Assembly: GCA_042091695.1 (NCBI GenBank)
Contig: JBELHA010000002.1
Span: forward strand, 18,260 to 82,259
DNA: 64,000 nt
Direction of reading: 5' to 3'
Origin: Flavicella sp.
GTDB taxonomy: Bacteria; Bacteroidota; Bacteroidia; Flavobacteriales; Flavobacteriaceae
The notes beneath the pieces were generated by a model that searched no databases, was not told where the DNA came from, and saw only the letters and a list, made by a program, of their open reading frames with translations. Position 1 is the stretch's first letter. Every line of letters starts with the position of its first letter. This document shows positions 18,710 to 29,042 of this stretch, piece by piece. The translations under genes were made by a program, and so were the position numbers.

Positions 18710-19723
18710 ATGGGTATAGAAGTAGGTAAAATATGTTTGGGAACGATGACTTTTGGTCAGCAAAATACAGAAGCTGAAGCACACGAACAATTAGACTATG
18801 CATTTTCAAATGGCGTTCGTTTTATTGATACAGCCGAAATGTATTCAGTTCCTGGTAGCAAAGAGACGCAAGGTAATTCAGAGCGTTATATCGGTTCTTG
18901 GTTGCAGGATAAGAAAAGAGAAGATGTGGTTATTGCGACAAAAATTACAGGCCCTAATCCAGGTCTCTCTTATATTCGAAATCCATTGACTTTTTCCAAT
19001 GAATCTATAGATATTGCGGTGGAACAAAGTTTACAGCGTTTGGGAACAGATTATATAGACATGTACCAATTGCATTGGCCAGAAAGAAAAGCAAACTTTT
19101 TTGGAAAGCTCAATTACAAACACACGCCATCAGATACTTGGGAAGATAATTTTAATGAGGTTATTGTCAAGTTGGATAGTTTGGTGCAACAAGGAAAAAT
19201 CCGTCAATATGGAGTTTCTAATGAGACACCTTGGGGTTTGATGCGGCACTTGGAAGAAAGCAAAAAACACAATTTGTCACGAGTACAAACCATTCAGAAC
19301 CCGTATTCTCTTTTGAATAGAACTTTTGATATTGGTTTGTCAGAAATTTCACTTCGAGAAGATGTCGGTCTGTTGGCTTATTCCCCTTTGGCTTTTGGTG
19401 CGCTTTCAGGCAAATACCTTGGTGGTAAACTACCCGAAGCTTCTAGGTTGAAATTATTTCCTGTTTTTTCAAGGTATACAGCTGCGCAAGCTGTTTTTCT
19501 CACGGAAAAATATGCTGCATTGGCGGAAAAGCATGGAATGAGTTTGACGACATTATCGTTGGCTTTTATCAAGCAACAACCCTTTGTAAAGTCGACCATT
19601 ATTGGTGCTACAACAATGGCACAACTAAAAGAAAATATAGCGAGTTTTGAGGTTGTTCTGTCAGATGAAATCCTTCAGGAAATCGATGCGATTCAATTAT
19701 TGCAACCCAATCCAGCACCTTAA
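18710..19723 (+). CDS. NADP(H)-dependent aldo/keto reductase (Tas-like)
   Basis: LGTMTFGQQNTE.EAH.QLDYA; DTAEMY; LGTDYID.YQLHWPER; GVSNETPWG; QNPYSLLNR; LAYSPLAFG.LSGKY. Confidence 0.93.
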   Translation: MGIEVGKICLGTMTFGQQNTEAEAHEQLDYAFSNGVRFIDTAEMYSVPGSKETQGNSERYIGSWLQDKKREDVVIATKITGPNPGLSYIRNPLTFSNESIDIAVEQSLQRLGTDYIDMYQLHWPERKANFFGKLNYKHTPSDTWEDNFNEVIVKLDSLVQQGKIRQYGVSNETPWGLMRHLEESKKHNLSRVQTIQNPYSLLNRTFDIGLSEISLREDVGLLAYSPLAFGALSGKYLGGKLPEASRLKLFPVFSRYTAAQAVFLTEKYAALAEKHGMSLTTLSLAFIKQQPFVKSTIIGATTMAQLKENIASFEVVLSDEILQEIDAIQLLQPNPAP

Positions 19724-19763
19724 TATATAACTACACGTCATAGACAGGTATTGCTAATTGTAT

Positions 19764-19798
19764 AAAAAGCCTCTTTACAAAATGTAAAGAGGCTTTTT
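19764..19798. terminator. Bidirectional terminator between the convergent AKR and trpS genes
   Basis: AAAAAGCCTCTTTACA-AAA-TGTAAAGAGGCTTTTT; A and T tails on both sides. Confidence 0.9.
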
Positions 19799-19815
19799 CT
19801 TGTTGTGAGTCTAAA

Positions 19816-20784
19816 TCAATACCCCACTTTATCTCGCGTTCTTTTCAATACATCTGCAGCTACGATTCGAGCTTTTTCTGCACCGATTGCCAAGGCTTTA
19901 TCAATTTCTTCTAGGTTTTCCATGTAGTAGTTGTAACGTTCTCTTTCTACAGAGTATTTTTCTACAAGCAGTTCGTAAAAAGCTTGTTTTGCATGTCCAT
20001 ATCCGTAATTTCCTCCTTCGTAGTTCTTACGCATTTCAGCAATTTGAACTTCCGAAGCGATGAGTTTGTACAATGCAAATAAGTTACAAGTATCGGGATC
20101 CTTTGGATCTTCCATAGGAGTACTGTCCGTCTGAATTTTCATGACTTGCTTGCGTAACTTTTTGTCGGGTAAAAACAAGTCTATAATATTTCCTTGTGAT
20201 TTACTCATTTTACCACCATTTGTTCCAGGAACATACATAGTTCCTTCTTGAATTTTAGCTTCCGGTAACACAAAGGTTTCACCCATTTGATGGTTGAATC
20301 TACTAGCAACATCACGAGTCATTTCAAGGTGTTGTAGCTGGTCTTTTCCCACAGGAATGATTTCAGCATCGTACAATAAGATATCCGCTGCCATCAACAT
20401 CGGGTAGCCAAATAACCCACTGTTTACATCTTCCAATCTATCCGATTTGTCTTTGAATGAATGTGCCAAAGTCAATCTTTGGTAGGGGTAATAACAACTC
20501 AAATACCATGAAAGCTCAGTTACTTCAGGAATGTCGCTTTGTCTATAGAATACAGTGTTTTCAATATTCAATCCAAAAGCAAGCCATGCAGCTGCCGTAC
20601 TGTATGTATTGGCTCTTAGGGTTTTTCCGTCTTTTATTTGAGTAAGAGAATGCATGTCTGCAATAAATAAAAACGACTCGTTTTTTGGGTCGTTGGCCAT
20701 TGTTATTGCTGGAATAATAGCACCCAGTAAATTTCCTAAATGTGGGGTTCCTGTACTCTGAACACCGGTTAATATTCTTGACAT
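19816..20784 (-). CDS. trpS: Tryptophan--tRNA ligase
   Basis: TGTPHLGNLLGA (HIGH motif); YPMLMAADIL; VGKDQLQHLE; KMSKS. Start at MSRILTG (20784). Confidence 0.98.
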   Translation of the reverse strand: MSRILTGVQSTGTPHLGNLLGAIIPAITMANDPKNESFLFIADMHSLTQIKDGKTLRANTYSTAAAWLAFGLNIENTVFYRQSDIPEVTELSWYLSCYYPYQRLTLAHSFKDKSDRLEDVNSGLFGYPMLMAADILLYDAEIIPVGKDQLQHLEMTRDVASRFNHQMGETFVLPEAKIQEGTMYVPGTNGGKMSKSQGNIIDLFLPDKKLRKQVMKIQTDSTPMEDPKDPDTCNLFALYKLIASEVQIAEMRKNYEGGNYGYGHAKQAFYELLVEKYSVERERYNYYMENLEEIDKALAIGAEKARIVAADVLKRTRDKVGY

Positions 20785-20905
20785 TTTGTGTGATTTTATA
20801 AAAACAAAAATACACAAACAAGTGCATATATCACTATTCTTGGTGATTCTTTTAGTTCTTTACCGCGGCTTGTGTTTTTTGTGATAATTAACGTAATTTT
20901 ATAGC

Positions 20906-21643
20906 ATGACTACCTTTTTTAAATACGTATTTGTGCTTCTGTGGAAGTGTTGGTTTTTTATTGTTTTCGGATGCTATCTATTGCTTTTTTCACCCTTTTT
21001 ATTGGTGGTTACTGCAAGACAAAGTTGGTATGGTATTTTTTTTAAGGGAATTCGAATTTGGGCAAGTCTTATTTTATGGACAAGTGGTTTGGGAGTTAAA
21101 AAAGAAGAAGCTGTCCCTTTTGACCTTTCCAAAAATTATATGTTTATCTCCAATCACACCTCTATTCTCGATATCTTATTGATGCTTGTAATCACAAAGA
21201 ACCCTTTTGTTTTTGTAGGTAAAAAGGAGCTAGGTAAGATACCTTTGTTTGGTTTTTTTTACAAGCGTACTTGTATTTTAGTCGATCGTTCTAGTGTTAA
21301 AAGTAAGGCAAGTGCATTTCGAGTGGCTCAAAATAGAATCAATTCAGGACTTAGTATTTGTATTTTTCCAGAAGGGTTGGTTCCTGATGACTCCTCTGTA
21401 ATATTGAGTGCTTTTAAGGGAGGTGCTTTTCATTTGGCAGTTGCCCATCAATTGACACTTGTGCCCATGACTTTTTTAGATTGTAAAAAACGACTTCCTT
21501 ATATTTTGCTCAAGGGAGGGCCAGGAGTTTTACGTGTTAGAATGCATCCTTTTATAGAGACAGCGGATATGAACGCTTCTTCAGCTTCTGTACTCAAACA
21601 GCAGTGTTACGATCTTCTGTATTCTGATTTAATTTCCGAGTAA
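20906..21643 (+). CDS. plsC: 1-acyl-sn-glycerol-3-phosphate acyltransferase (PlsC family)
   Basis: NHTSILD catalytic motif; FVGKKEL; FPEG. Confidence 0.85.
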   Translation: MTTFFKYVFVLLWKCWFFIVFGCYLLLFSPFLLVVTARQSWYGIFFKGIRIWASLILWTSGLGVKKEEAVPFDLSKNYMFISNHTSILDILLMLVITKNPFVFVGKKELGKIPLFGFFYKRTCILVDRSSVKSKASAFRVAQNRINSGLSICIFPEGLVPDDSSVILSAFKGGAFHLAVAHQLTLVPMTFLDCKKRLPYILLKGGPGVLRVRMHPFIETADMNASSASVLKQQCYDLLYSDLISE

Positions 21644-21706
21644 GTTTATTTGTTATTCTTCTTGATTTTTAGTATATTATATAGGTAAAACTTTAAATTT
21701 TAGCTT

Positions 21707-22351
21707 ATGAAATTCGACGTTACTTATTATCCTGAAAAAGAAGAAAAACTGAATGTCCTTTCGCATGGTTTGGGTGTTGTTTTGAGTATAATTGCCTTTC
21801 CTTTTTTGGTGTTTAAAGCGTTGGAAACTAATGATAGTTTAGTTGTATTAAGTTTTATTATTTACGGTTTAAGCATGATTATACTGTATACAGCTTCAAC
21901 ACTGTATCATAGCGCGGTCAATAAAAAAATTAGATTTTATTTGAATATTTTAGACCATTCAGCAATTTATGTTTTGATAGCTGGTACGTATGCTCCATTT
22001 GCTTTGGTGGTACTTCAAGGAGCTACTGGTTGGTTGATATTTGGAATATCTTGGTTGTTGGCGATAATAGGTGTTTTCTATAAGTTGTACTTTATAGGTA
22101 AGTATCAGGTATTCTCTGTGGTAACATATGTATTGATGGGGTGGATGGTTATTTTTGTGATTGAGCCTCTTTTGGAAAGTCTTTCCACTGAAGGTATGCA
22201 ATTACTTCTCGCAGGAGGAGGATGTTATTCCATTGGAGCATTGTTTTATGTATTGCCAAAGGTACCGTTCAATCATGCGATATTTCACGTGTTTGTTTTG
22301 CTAGGCAGTCTCTGTCATTTTATTACCATTTACTTTTTTATGTTGAATTAA
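21707..22351 (+). CDS. Hemolysin III / PAQR-family membrane protein
   Basis: EE.LN.LSHG; SxLYH; LDHSAIYVLIAGTYAPF; HAIFHVFVL.GS.CH; about seven TM segments. Confidence 0.92.
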   Translation: MKFDVTYYPEKEEKLNVLSHGLGVVLSIIAFPFLVFKALETNDSLVVLSFIIYGLSMIILYTASTLYHSAVNKKIRFYLNILDHSAIYVLIAGTYAPFALVVLQGATGWLIFGISWLLAIIGVFYKLYFIGKYQVFSVVTYVLMGWMVIFVIEPLLESLSTEGMQLLLAGGGCYSIGALFYVLPKVPFNHAIFHVFVLLGSLCHFITIYFFMLN

Positions 22352-22394
22352 TTTTAACAAATGTTTTAAGGAATCTAGTATTGTCTTTTATAGC

Positions 22395-22865
22395 TTACCA
22401 ATCTTTAAATGGGGATTTACTCAACAATGCGTTATAGTATTTTTTTTGACCGGTTACTTCTTCTAGTATCCATGATGGTTTTATAAATGTTTCCTCTTCG
22501 TGTTTCAATTCCACTTCCGCAATAATAAGTCCTCTGTTGTTTCCCATAAATACGTCTACTTCAAATATGTGATTTCCACTTTTAACTAGGTAACGTGTCT
22601 TCTCTATTATATTTTCTTCACAAAGTGCCAACAATTGCTTTCCCTCGTCCAATGGAATCTCCTTTTCCCATTCATAACGAGAAGTGCCATTTTCATTTGA
22701 AGGTCCTTTAATAGTAAGAAAACTTTGTGTTTCTTGAATACGCACTCTAACCACCCGTTTTTTATGTGAGTTTAAAAATCCTTGTTTGATATTTTTCTGA
22801 AGGTAACTCTCTTTTATAAAAGAGTTGTTTTTGACTAAAAATTTCCTTTCAATTTCCTGTGCCAT
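22395..22865 (-). CDS. CYTH-domain protein
   Basis: EIERKFLV; I.QGFL; VRVR; LTIKG; EWEKEI; IEKTRY; FEVDVF; AEVEL; YYN..L. Confidence 0.92.
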   Translation of the reverse strand: MAQEIERKFLVKNNSFIKESYLQKNIKQGFLNSHKKRVVRVRIQETQSFLTIKGPSNENGTSRYEWEKEIPLDEGKQLLALCEENIIEKTRYLVKSGNHIFEVDVFMGNNRGLIIAEVELKHEEETFIKPSWILEEVTGQKKYYNALLSKSPFKDW

Positions 22866-23043
22866 AATATCGATGTTTTGATTTTAGAGTGTTTTTTATA
22901 AAGCTATAAAAGTCATTTAAATCCTATATGCTAGACAATAAAATTAGACTATTTTATGTTATGGACAAGAGGTGTTTAATTTAGGACCCATTTTCTCACA
23001 AATTTAATTCATCAAAAGATGTCCTATAAAAGTTTAAATTAAA

Positions 23044-23051
23044 TATCTTTG
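23044..23051 (+). promoter_or_regulatory. Bacteroidota -7 promoter element for the porZ-recO-TBDR operon
   Basis: TATCTTTG, ending 20 nt before the ATG. Confidence 0.55.
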
Positions 23052-23071
23052 GAAAATTAAATATAGTGTAT

Positions 23072-25378
23072 ATGAGAGTTCTCTTTTCTTTTTTATTGTT
23101 TGTTGTGCATTTTAGTCTGTTTTCACAGGAGACAGATTACACAAAATGGTCTGATATTTTTTCTTACAACAATGTTGAAGATATTTTGATAAATGATGCT
23201 AAGATATATGCTAGAACTGATAATGCTTTGTTTTTATATGATCTAGTTGAACAGTCTTACGAAAAAATTAGTGTTGCTTCTAAATTATCAACACAGCCTA
23301 GTTCGGCAATGGTTTTCAGCAATGAATTTAAAGTTCTATGCGTTGGTTTCGAAAATGGTTTGTTACAAATAATAGATGAAAACTTAAATGTCAATTCAGT
23401 CTACGACATTATACTTTCAGAAATATCTCTCGATAAAAAAATCAATTCGTTGTATGTAGAAAACAATGATTTGTACATGTCGATGAATTTTGGAATTGTG
23501 GTTTTCGACATTTCTAAGAATGAATTCAGGGATACTTTTTATATTGGAGAAAATTCATCTGAAGTAAGTGTAAATTCGATTGTTATAAATAACGGACTAA
23601 TTTATGCTGCTTCTGATACAGGTATCTATACTGCAGCTATAAATTCTAATTTATCAGACATCACTAATTGGAGTCTTTCAATCCAAGGGGAGTTCTCAGA
23701 CTTACATATGTTTGAAAATTCCGTTGTGGCATTTAAAGACAAGTCAATCTATAAAATTGAAGGTGCTAGTGTAACTACCTTGCAACAAACGATAAATGAA
23801 ACGATAGTTTCAATAGCAGTCAATGGAGATCGCTTGAATGTAGCCTCGGCCTCCAAAGGATATGTATACGACACAGCATATCAATTACAGAGTACTATCT
23901 CAGGTTCTAATATCAATGCAGTTGTATCAGACGAAACCCATGTTTTTGCAGCAACAGGTACTCGTGGAGTCCTGAAGTATATTATGGGTAGCTCTAGTGT
24001 TACTGAAGAATTACATCCAGGTGGACCTGTGACAAATTCGATATTTTCAATCAGTGAAAAAGACGGTGTTGTTTGGTTTACTTACGGAGCCTACGATCAA
24101 AATTATGCTCCTCAAAGCAAAAGAATGCCTCTGAGTCATTTTAATGGAGAAAATTGGGTACATATACCTTACGATGATTTCAAAGCAAAAGATTTAATTG
24201 ACGTAAAATTTGACCCCTTAAACAGCAGTAAGGTCTATGTAAACTCTTGGTCTGCAGGCTCTAATGGTATTGTAGCTTCTTCTGAACACGGAGGGTTGTT
24301 ACATCTTGAGAATGATGAGAAAATCGATTTCTGGCATGCTGAAAATAGCGGTTTGACTGTTTATAAATCAGGGAACTATACTACAACGCGATTTCAGGGG
24401 CCAATTTTCGATTCAAAAGGTAATTTTTGGTTTGCTGATATTATGGGTACCGACGTATTAAATGATCCATTGCGAAAAAAATCTCCCTCCGGCGAATGGT
24501 CTTCATTCTCATTACTAGACACATGGGATTACTACAATACATTGATTATTGATAAATCGGATAACATATACATCGGTTCAAGACGTGAAGGTTTGTTTAT
24601 CGTCAATGAAGCCTCTCCAAATACTATAAGTGTAGCAAATCTGAGGATGGGAGCTGGACAAGGAAATTTACCCGGATCATTTGTCACAGCACTTGCTGTA
24701 GATGCCGATCAGAAACTATGGATAGGTACTAAAGCAGGAATCGCTACTTTTGATGATATTGCTAATGTTTTTTCGGGTAGTTTTAGAGATGCAGAAAAAG
24801 TATCCGTGGTAGAAAATGGTATCGTTAATAGTCTTTTAGATGGTGCATATATCAATGATATTTATATTGATGGTGCAGATAATAAGTGGATAGCTACACT
24901 TGCTAATGGAGTGTATCAACTCAATGCACAATCTAATAAGATTTTAAATATTTTCAATACAGATAATTCACCTCTACCTACAAACAACATTTTAAAAATT
25001 CTACAAAAAAGTGATGGCCTTACTTACTTTTTAACTACAAAAGGGTTGGTAACTTTTGACTCGGAAATCATTTCCTATGGATCTGTTTTAGATGAAGTCT
25101 ATGGCTACCCTAATCCTGTTTTAAAGCAGCACCATGAAGTTACAATTGTAGGAAAAGATGGAGCATTTTTACCTGATAACACTAAAGTAGATGTATTTGA
25201 TGTAACCGGTAACCTTGTTTTTTCTGCAAACACAAGTACATCTTCACAAGGAGGTAAAATAGTTTGGGATAAGAAAAATTTAAACGGTGTACCTGTGGCT
25301 TCAGGGGTTTATGTGGTATTATTATACGATGCAGAAGGTAATCAAACCTCTTCTACAAAAATAGCGATTGTTAACTGA
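23072..25378 (+). CDS. porZ: Type IX secretion system protein PorZ (beta-propeller plus CTD)
   Basis: W.D.FSYNN; repeated two-component-regulator-propeller motifs (D..GN.WF, D.DQKLWIGTKAG, DGADNKWIAT); CTD YPNPV; porZ-recO adjacency typical of Flavobacteriia. Confidence 0.85.
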   Translation: MRVLFSFLLFVVHFSLFSQETDYTKWSDIFSYNNVEDILINDAKIYARTDNALFLYDLVEQSYEKISVASKLSTQPSSAMVFSNEFKVLCVGFENGLLQIIDENLNVNSVYDIILSEISLDKKINSLYVENNDLYMSMNFGIVVFDISKNEFRDTFYIGENSSEVSVNSIVINNGLIYAASDTGIYTAAINSNLSDITNWSLSIQGEFSDLHMFENSVVAFKDKSIYKIEGASVTTLQQTINETIVSIAVNGDRLNVASASKGYVYDTAYQLQSTISGSNINAVVSDETHVFAATGTRGVLKYIMGSSSVTEELHPGGPVTNSIFSISEKDGVVWFTYGAYDQNYAPQSKRMPLSHFNGENWVHIPYDDFKAKDLIDVKFDPLNSSKVYVNSWSAGSNGIVASSEHGGLLHLENDEKIDFWHAENSGLTVYKSGNYTTTRFQGPIFDSKGNFWFADIMGTDVLNDPLRKKSPSGEWSSFSLLDTWDYYNTLIIDKSDNIYIGSRREGLFIVNEASPNTISVANLRMGAGQGNLPGSFVTALAVDADQKLWIGTKAGIATFDDIANVFSGSFRDAEKVSVVENGIVNSLLDGAYINDIYIDGADNKWIATLANGVYQLNAQSNKILNIFNTDNSPLPTNNILKILQKSDGLTYFLTTKGLVTFDSEIISYGSVLDEVYGYPNPVLKQHHEVTIVGKDGAFLPDNTKVDVFDVTGNLVFSANTSTSSQGGKIVWDKKNLNGVPVASGVYVVLLYDAEGNQTSSTKIAIVN

Positions 25379-26097
25379 TGCAATTGTCTACCAGAGCGAT
25401 TGTTTTAACCGCTCTTAAATACGGTGATACGAGTCTTATTGTCAAATGTTATACTGAGCAACTAGGCATTCAAAGCTATATGTTGAAAGGTGTATTAAAG
25501 CGAGGTAAGGGCAAGTTGAAAGCGGCTTATTTTCAACCTTTAACACAGTTAGAGCTTATCGCAAACCATTCCAAGAGAGCTAATTTGCAAACTCTTAGAG
25601 AGGCAAGTTTGTCCTTTGCTTATGAGTCAATACATACAGACTTTACAAAACAAACGATAGCATTTTTTATAGCAGAAATGCTTGCAAATGCGGTTCAGGA
25701 AGAAGAGGCTAATACTGCGCTGTATACCTATATAGAAACTTCGCTTCGTTGGTTGGATGTACAAGACAAAATAGCAAATTTCCCGATTGTATTTTTAATG
25801 CATCTTACAAAGTTTCTCGGCTTTTTTCCAAAAGATACTTCAGAAAGAGCTACCTATTTCAATCTTGCAGATGGTGTTTTTACAGATACCTTTTTTATGG
25901 GGGATTACTTGCACGGAGAAGATTTAATTTTGTTCAAACAGGTTTTGGGCATAAAATTTGATACATTAGACCAAATGGTGCTCGGTGTAAAATCTAGACA
26001 ACGCTTGCTAGAAATATTGTTTAAGTATTACAGTTTGCATCTTTATGGTTTTAAAACGCCTAAATCTATTGATGTGTTAAAAAATTTGTTTGATTGA
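25378..26097 (+). CDS. recO: DNA repair protein RecO
   Basis: AIVL...KYGDTSLIV.CYTE..G..SY; FQPLTQLE; FFIAE.L; translationally coupled (TGATG overlap). Confidence 0.92.
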   Translation: MQLSTRAIVLTALKYGDTSLIVKCYTEQLGIQSYMLKGVLKRGKGKLKAAYFQPLTQLELIANHSKRANLQTLREASLSFAYESIHTDFTKQTIAFFIAEMLANAVQEEEANTALYTYIETSLRWLDVQDKIANFPIVFLMHLTKFLGFFPKDTSERATYFNLADGVFTDTFFMGDYLHGEDLILFKQVLGIKFDTLDQMVLGVKSRQRLLEILFKYYSLHLYGFKTPKSIDVLKNLFD

Positions 26098-28583
26098 TGT
26101 TTAAATATTCACTTGTTTTTTTCTTTTTTTTGTTCCTTGAAGTTGTTTCTTCCCAATCAATAAAAATTATAGAAGAAGATACAGGTCTACCTATACAAGG
26201 GGTTCGTATAGCCAATAAACCCAATACAACCTCTGTCTTTACAGATGATATGGGTAAGGTAGATTTGTCCAGTTTTCCCAGAAACAGTCTGCTTTATTTG
26301 TCCCATTACGCCTATCTAAAGTCTACTTACGATAGTTCCAAAAGGCTACAGATAGTTACTATGCAAAAGACTACAGAGGCATTGGATGAAGTGGTGCTTT
26401 CTGTGACAAAAAACAAAGAGCAAAGATATAGAATAGCCGAGCATATTGAAGTTGTAAATGCAACTGCAATAAGAAAGATGGCTCCTCAAACGTCTGCAGA
26501 TATATTGAGTAATACACCTGGAGTAAGTGTTCAGAAATCACAGTTTGGAGGGGGGAGTCCCGTTTTGAGGGGGATGGAATCAAATAGGGTACTCTTGGTG
26601 GTTGATGGTGTACGACTCAACAATGCCATTTACAGAAAGGGACATTTGCAAAATGGAATCACAGTTTCTCCTTCCATTTTAGATCGTGTTGAGGTACTTT
26701 TTGGCCCTTCTTCGGTTCTATATGGGTCGGATGCTTTGGGAGGAGTGGTGCATTACTTTACTAAAGAATTAAAAACAAATTCTGATACCACAATAAAGAG
26801 TTCCTTTTTATCGCGAGTAAGTTCTGTAAATAATGAATTTACAATACATGGAGCTTCAGAGTTACAGTTTGATTCTTGGGCTTCTTATACCTCAATTTCC
26901 CATAGCCGTTTTGGGGATTTAATGATGGGAAAAAACAGAAAACACGGATTTTCTGATTGGGGTAAAGTTACTATGTATTCCAATAATACAGATAAAACAG
27001 CTATTGCTCAGTCTGTTGTGAATTCTGATACGTCGCTTCAAAAGCAAACAGGCTATTCACAATTTGATATACTTCAAAAGCTTTTATTTCCAACTTCAGA
27101 AACTTCCCAATTGACCTTCAACCTTCAATATTCAAATTCTTCAGACATTCCTAGATTTGATAAATTGACTGAACAAACATCAGCAGGGGATTTAAAGTTT
27201 GCCGAATGGCATTACGGTCCTCAAAAGAGGTTTTTATTTTCAACACAATTCCGATTTGAAGACGTCAACCGATGGATAGATAAAGGTGTTTTAACTGCTG
27301 CATTTCAGTCTATAGAAGAGTCGAGAGAGCAACGAAGATTTTCTTCAATTGATCGACGTACCAACCGCGTTGAAACAGTTGGAGTTTTAAGTCTCAATGG
27401 AGATTTTTCTGTGCCACTCACAGTGGATTTAAAAAGAAACTTATTGTATGGTTTTGAATTGGTACACAACAACGTGGCCTCTGAAGCAATAGGAATTTTG
27501 TATGAAGTAGCTACAGAAAATAATTTACTTGCTAATATAGCTGAAAATTACACAATTCAGTCAAGGTATCCTGATGGAGGTAGTAGTTATGCTACACAAT
27601 CATTGTATACAGAATACAGACAGGATTTAAATTCCAAACATACATTGAGTACAGGATTGCGATACACACGAACTCAGTTGAATGCAACTTGGGAGGACAG
27701 TTCCTTTATTACTTTGCCAGATTCAGACATATTCTTAAATAACTCATCGTTGACAGGCTCTATTGCGAATGTTTACAAACCCTCACGCAATTTTAAAATC
27801 AATACTATTTTATCTTCAGGCTTTCGCTCACCAAACATTGACGATATTGGAAAAGTAAGAGAAAAGGAAGGGGCAGTTACTGTTCCAAATCTTACTTTAA
27901 GACCAGAGTTTATATACAACTCAGAAGTAGGTTTTGAGTATTTCTTTAAAGAAAAACAGTGGAAAACAGAGTTAAACTTGTATTATACCCGATTGCAAAA
28001 CTATATCATCCGAGCTCCATTCGACATAGAAACACAAGCAGAAGGAGATTCCACAATAGAATATGAGGGAGAAACTGTACAAGTTTTATCAAATGTGAAC
28101 AGAGGGGCAGCCCATGTTACTGGGGGTTCTTTTGCCTTTAAAGGGGTTTTGCCGATGCATATAAAATTAAGAGGGTCTTGTACTTATACTTTTGGTAAAA
28201 CCTTGGATACACGAGAGTATTTGTCTTCCATCCCTCCATTTTTCGGTAATGTAACAGCTTCTTATTCTTTGAGCTCTGTAGATATAGCTTTGGGTTATGT
28301 TTTCAGTGCATCAAAGAAAGCCTCGTGGTACAATATCAGTGAAGGGATAGATAACCTAGAACAAACACCCATAGTAGATCCTAACAGTTCAGATGAAACT
28401 ATACGGTATGCAGGAACACCTAGTTGGGATATATTTAACTTACATGTAGAATATCCATTTTCAGATTCCTTAAAACTATATATCAAGACGTCCAATATTT
28501 TTGATCGTCACTACAAGGAATTTGCCTCTGCAATTAGTGCGCCTGGAAGAAACTATTCTGTTTCACTTCAATGTGATTTCTAG
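26094..28583 (+). CDS. TonB-dependent receptor (BtuB/heme-receptor-like, no SusD partner)
   Basis: Plug motif PGVSVQKSQFGGGSPVLRGMESNRVLLVVDGVRLNNA; VEVLFGPSSVLYGSDALGG; NIFD.HY..FAS.ISAPGRN; C-terminal F. Confidence 0.9.
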   Translation: MMFKYSLVFFFFLFLEVVSSQSIKIIEEDTGLPIQGVRIANKPNTTSVFTDDMGKVDLSSFPRNSLLYLSHYAYLKSTYDSSKRLQIVTMQKTTEALDEVVLSVTKNKEQRYRIAEHIEVVNATAIRKMAPQTSADILSNTPGVSVQKSQFGGGSPVLRGMESNRVLLVVDGVRLNNAIYRKGHLQNGITVSPSILDRVEVLFGPSSVLYGSDALGGVVHYFTKELKTNSDTTIKSSFLSRVSSVNNEFTIHGASELQFDSWASYTSISHSRFGDLMMGKNRKHGFSDWGKVTMYSNNTDKTAIAQSVVNSDTSLQKQTGYSQFDILQKLLFPTSETSQLTFNLQYSNSSDIPRFDKLTEQTSAGDLKFAEWHYGPQKRFLFSTQFRFEDVNRWIDKGVLTAAFQSIEESREQRRFSSIDRRTNRVETVGVLSLNGDFSVPLTVDLKRNLLYGFELVHNNVASEAIGILYEVATENNLLANIAENYTIQSRYPDGGSSYATQSLYTEYRQDLNSKHTLSTGLRYTRTQLNATWEDSSFITLPDSDIFLNNSSLTGSIANVYKPSRNFKINTILSSGFRSPNIDDIGKVREKEGAVTVPNLTLRPEFIYNSEVGFEYFFKEKQWKTELNLYYTRLQNYIIRAPFDIETQAEGDSTIEYEGETVQVLSNVNRGAAHVTGGSFAFKGVLPMHIKLRGSCTYTFGKTLDTREYLSSIPPFFGNVTASYSLSSVDIALGYVFSASKKASWYNISEGIDNLEQTPIVDPNSSDETIRYAGTPSWDIFNLHVEYPFSDSLKLYIKTSNIFDRHYKEFASAISAPGRNYSVSLQCDF

Positions 28584-28642
28584 CGTTTTGCTTTTTGTTA
28601 TAAGTATGTTGACTTATCAAATTTATTTCTATTTTTGTCTCA

Positions 28643-29023
28643 ATGAAACTCACATACGGTAAGAAGGATAAATTAAAAAGAAAAAAAGCAATTGAAAAAT
28701 TGTTTTTAGAGGGAGAATCTGTGGTGTCTTATCCGCTTCGTTTGGTCTATTTAAAGGAAGAACATACTTCTTCTAAGCAGATTCAGTTAGGAGTTTCCGT
28801 GCCCAAAAGGAAAATTAACAAAGCTGTTGATAGAACGAGAGTCAAAAGAATACTCCGTGAGGTTTATAGGTTACATCAATACGAATTCTTGTCGAATTCT
28901 GAACAAAAACATATTGGGATGTTGATGTATTTAGACAACAAAGAATGGTCTGTAGCTTCCCTCGCTCCTAAAATTCAAAAATTAGCATTGAAGTTTAAAG
29001 AACAGATTTCAGGAGTTAAATGA
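28643..29023 (+). CDS. rnpA: Ribonuclease P protein component
   Basis: K..KLKRKK.I..LF..G; GVSVPKR...KAVDRTRVKR.LRE.YR (RNR-like motif). Confidence 0.92.
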   Translation: MKLTYGKKDKLKRKKAIEKLFLEGESVVSYPLRLVYLKEEHTSSKQIQLGVSVPKRKINKAVDRTRVKRILREVYRLHQYEFLSNSEQKHIGMLMYLDNKEWSVASLAPKIQKLALKFKEQISGVK

Positions 29024-29042
29024 ACTAAAATAAAAAAAGCTT

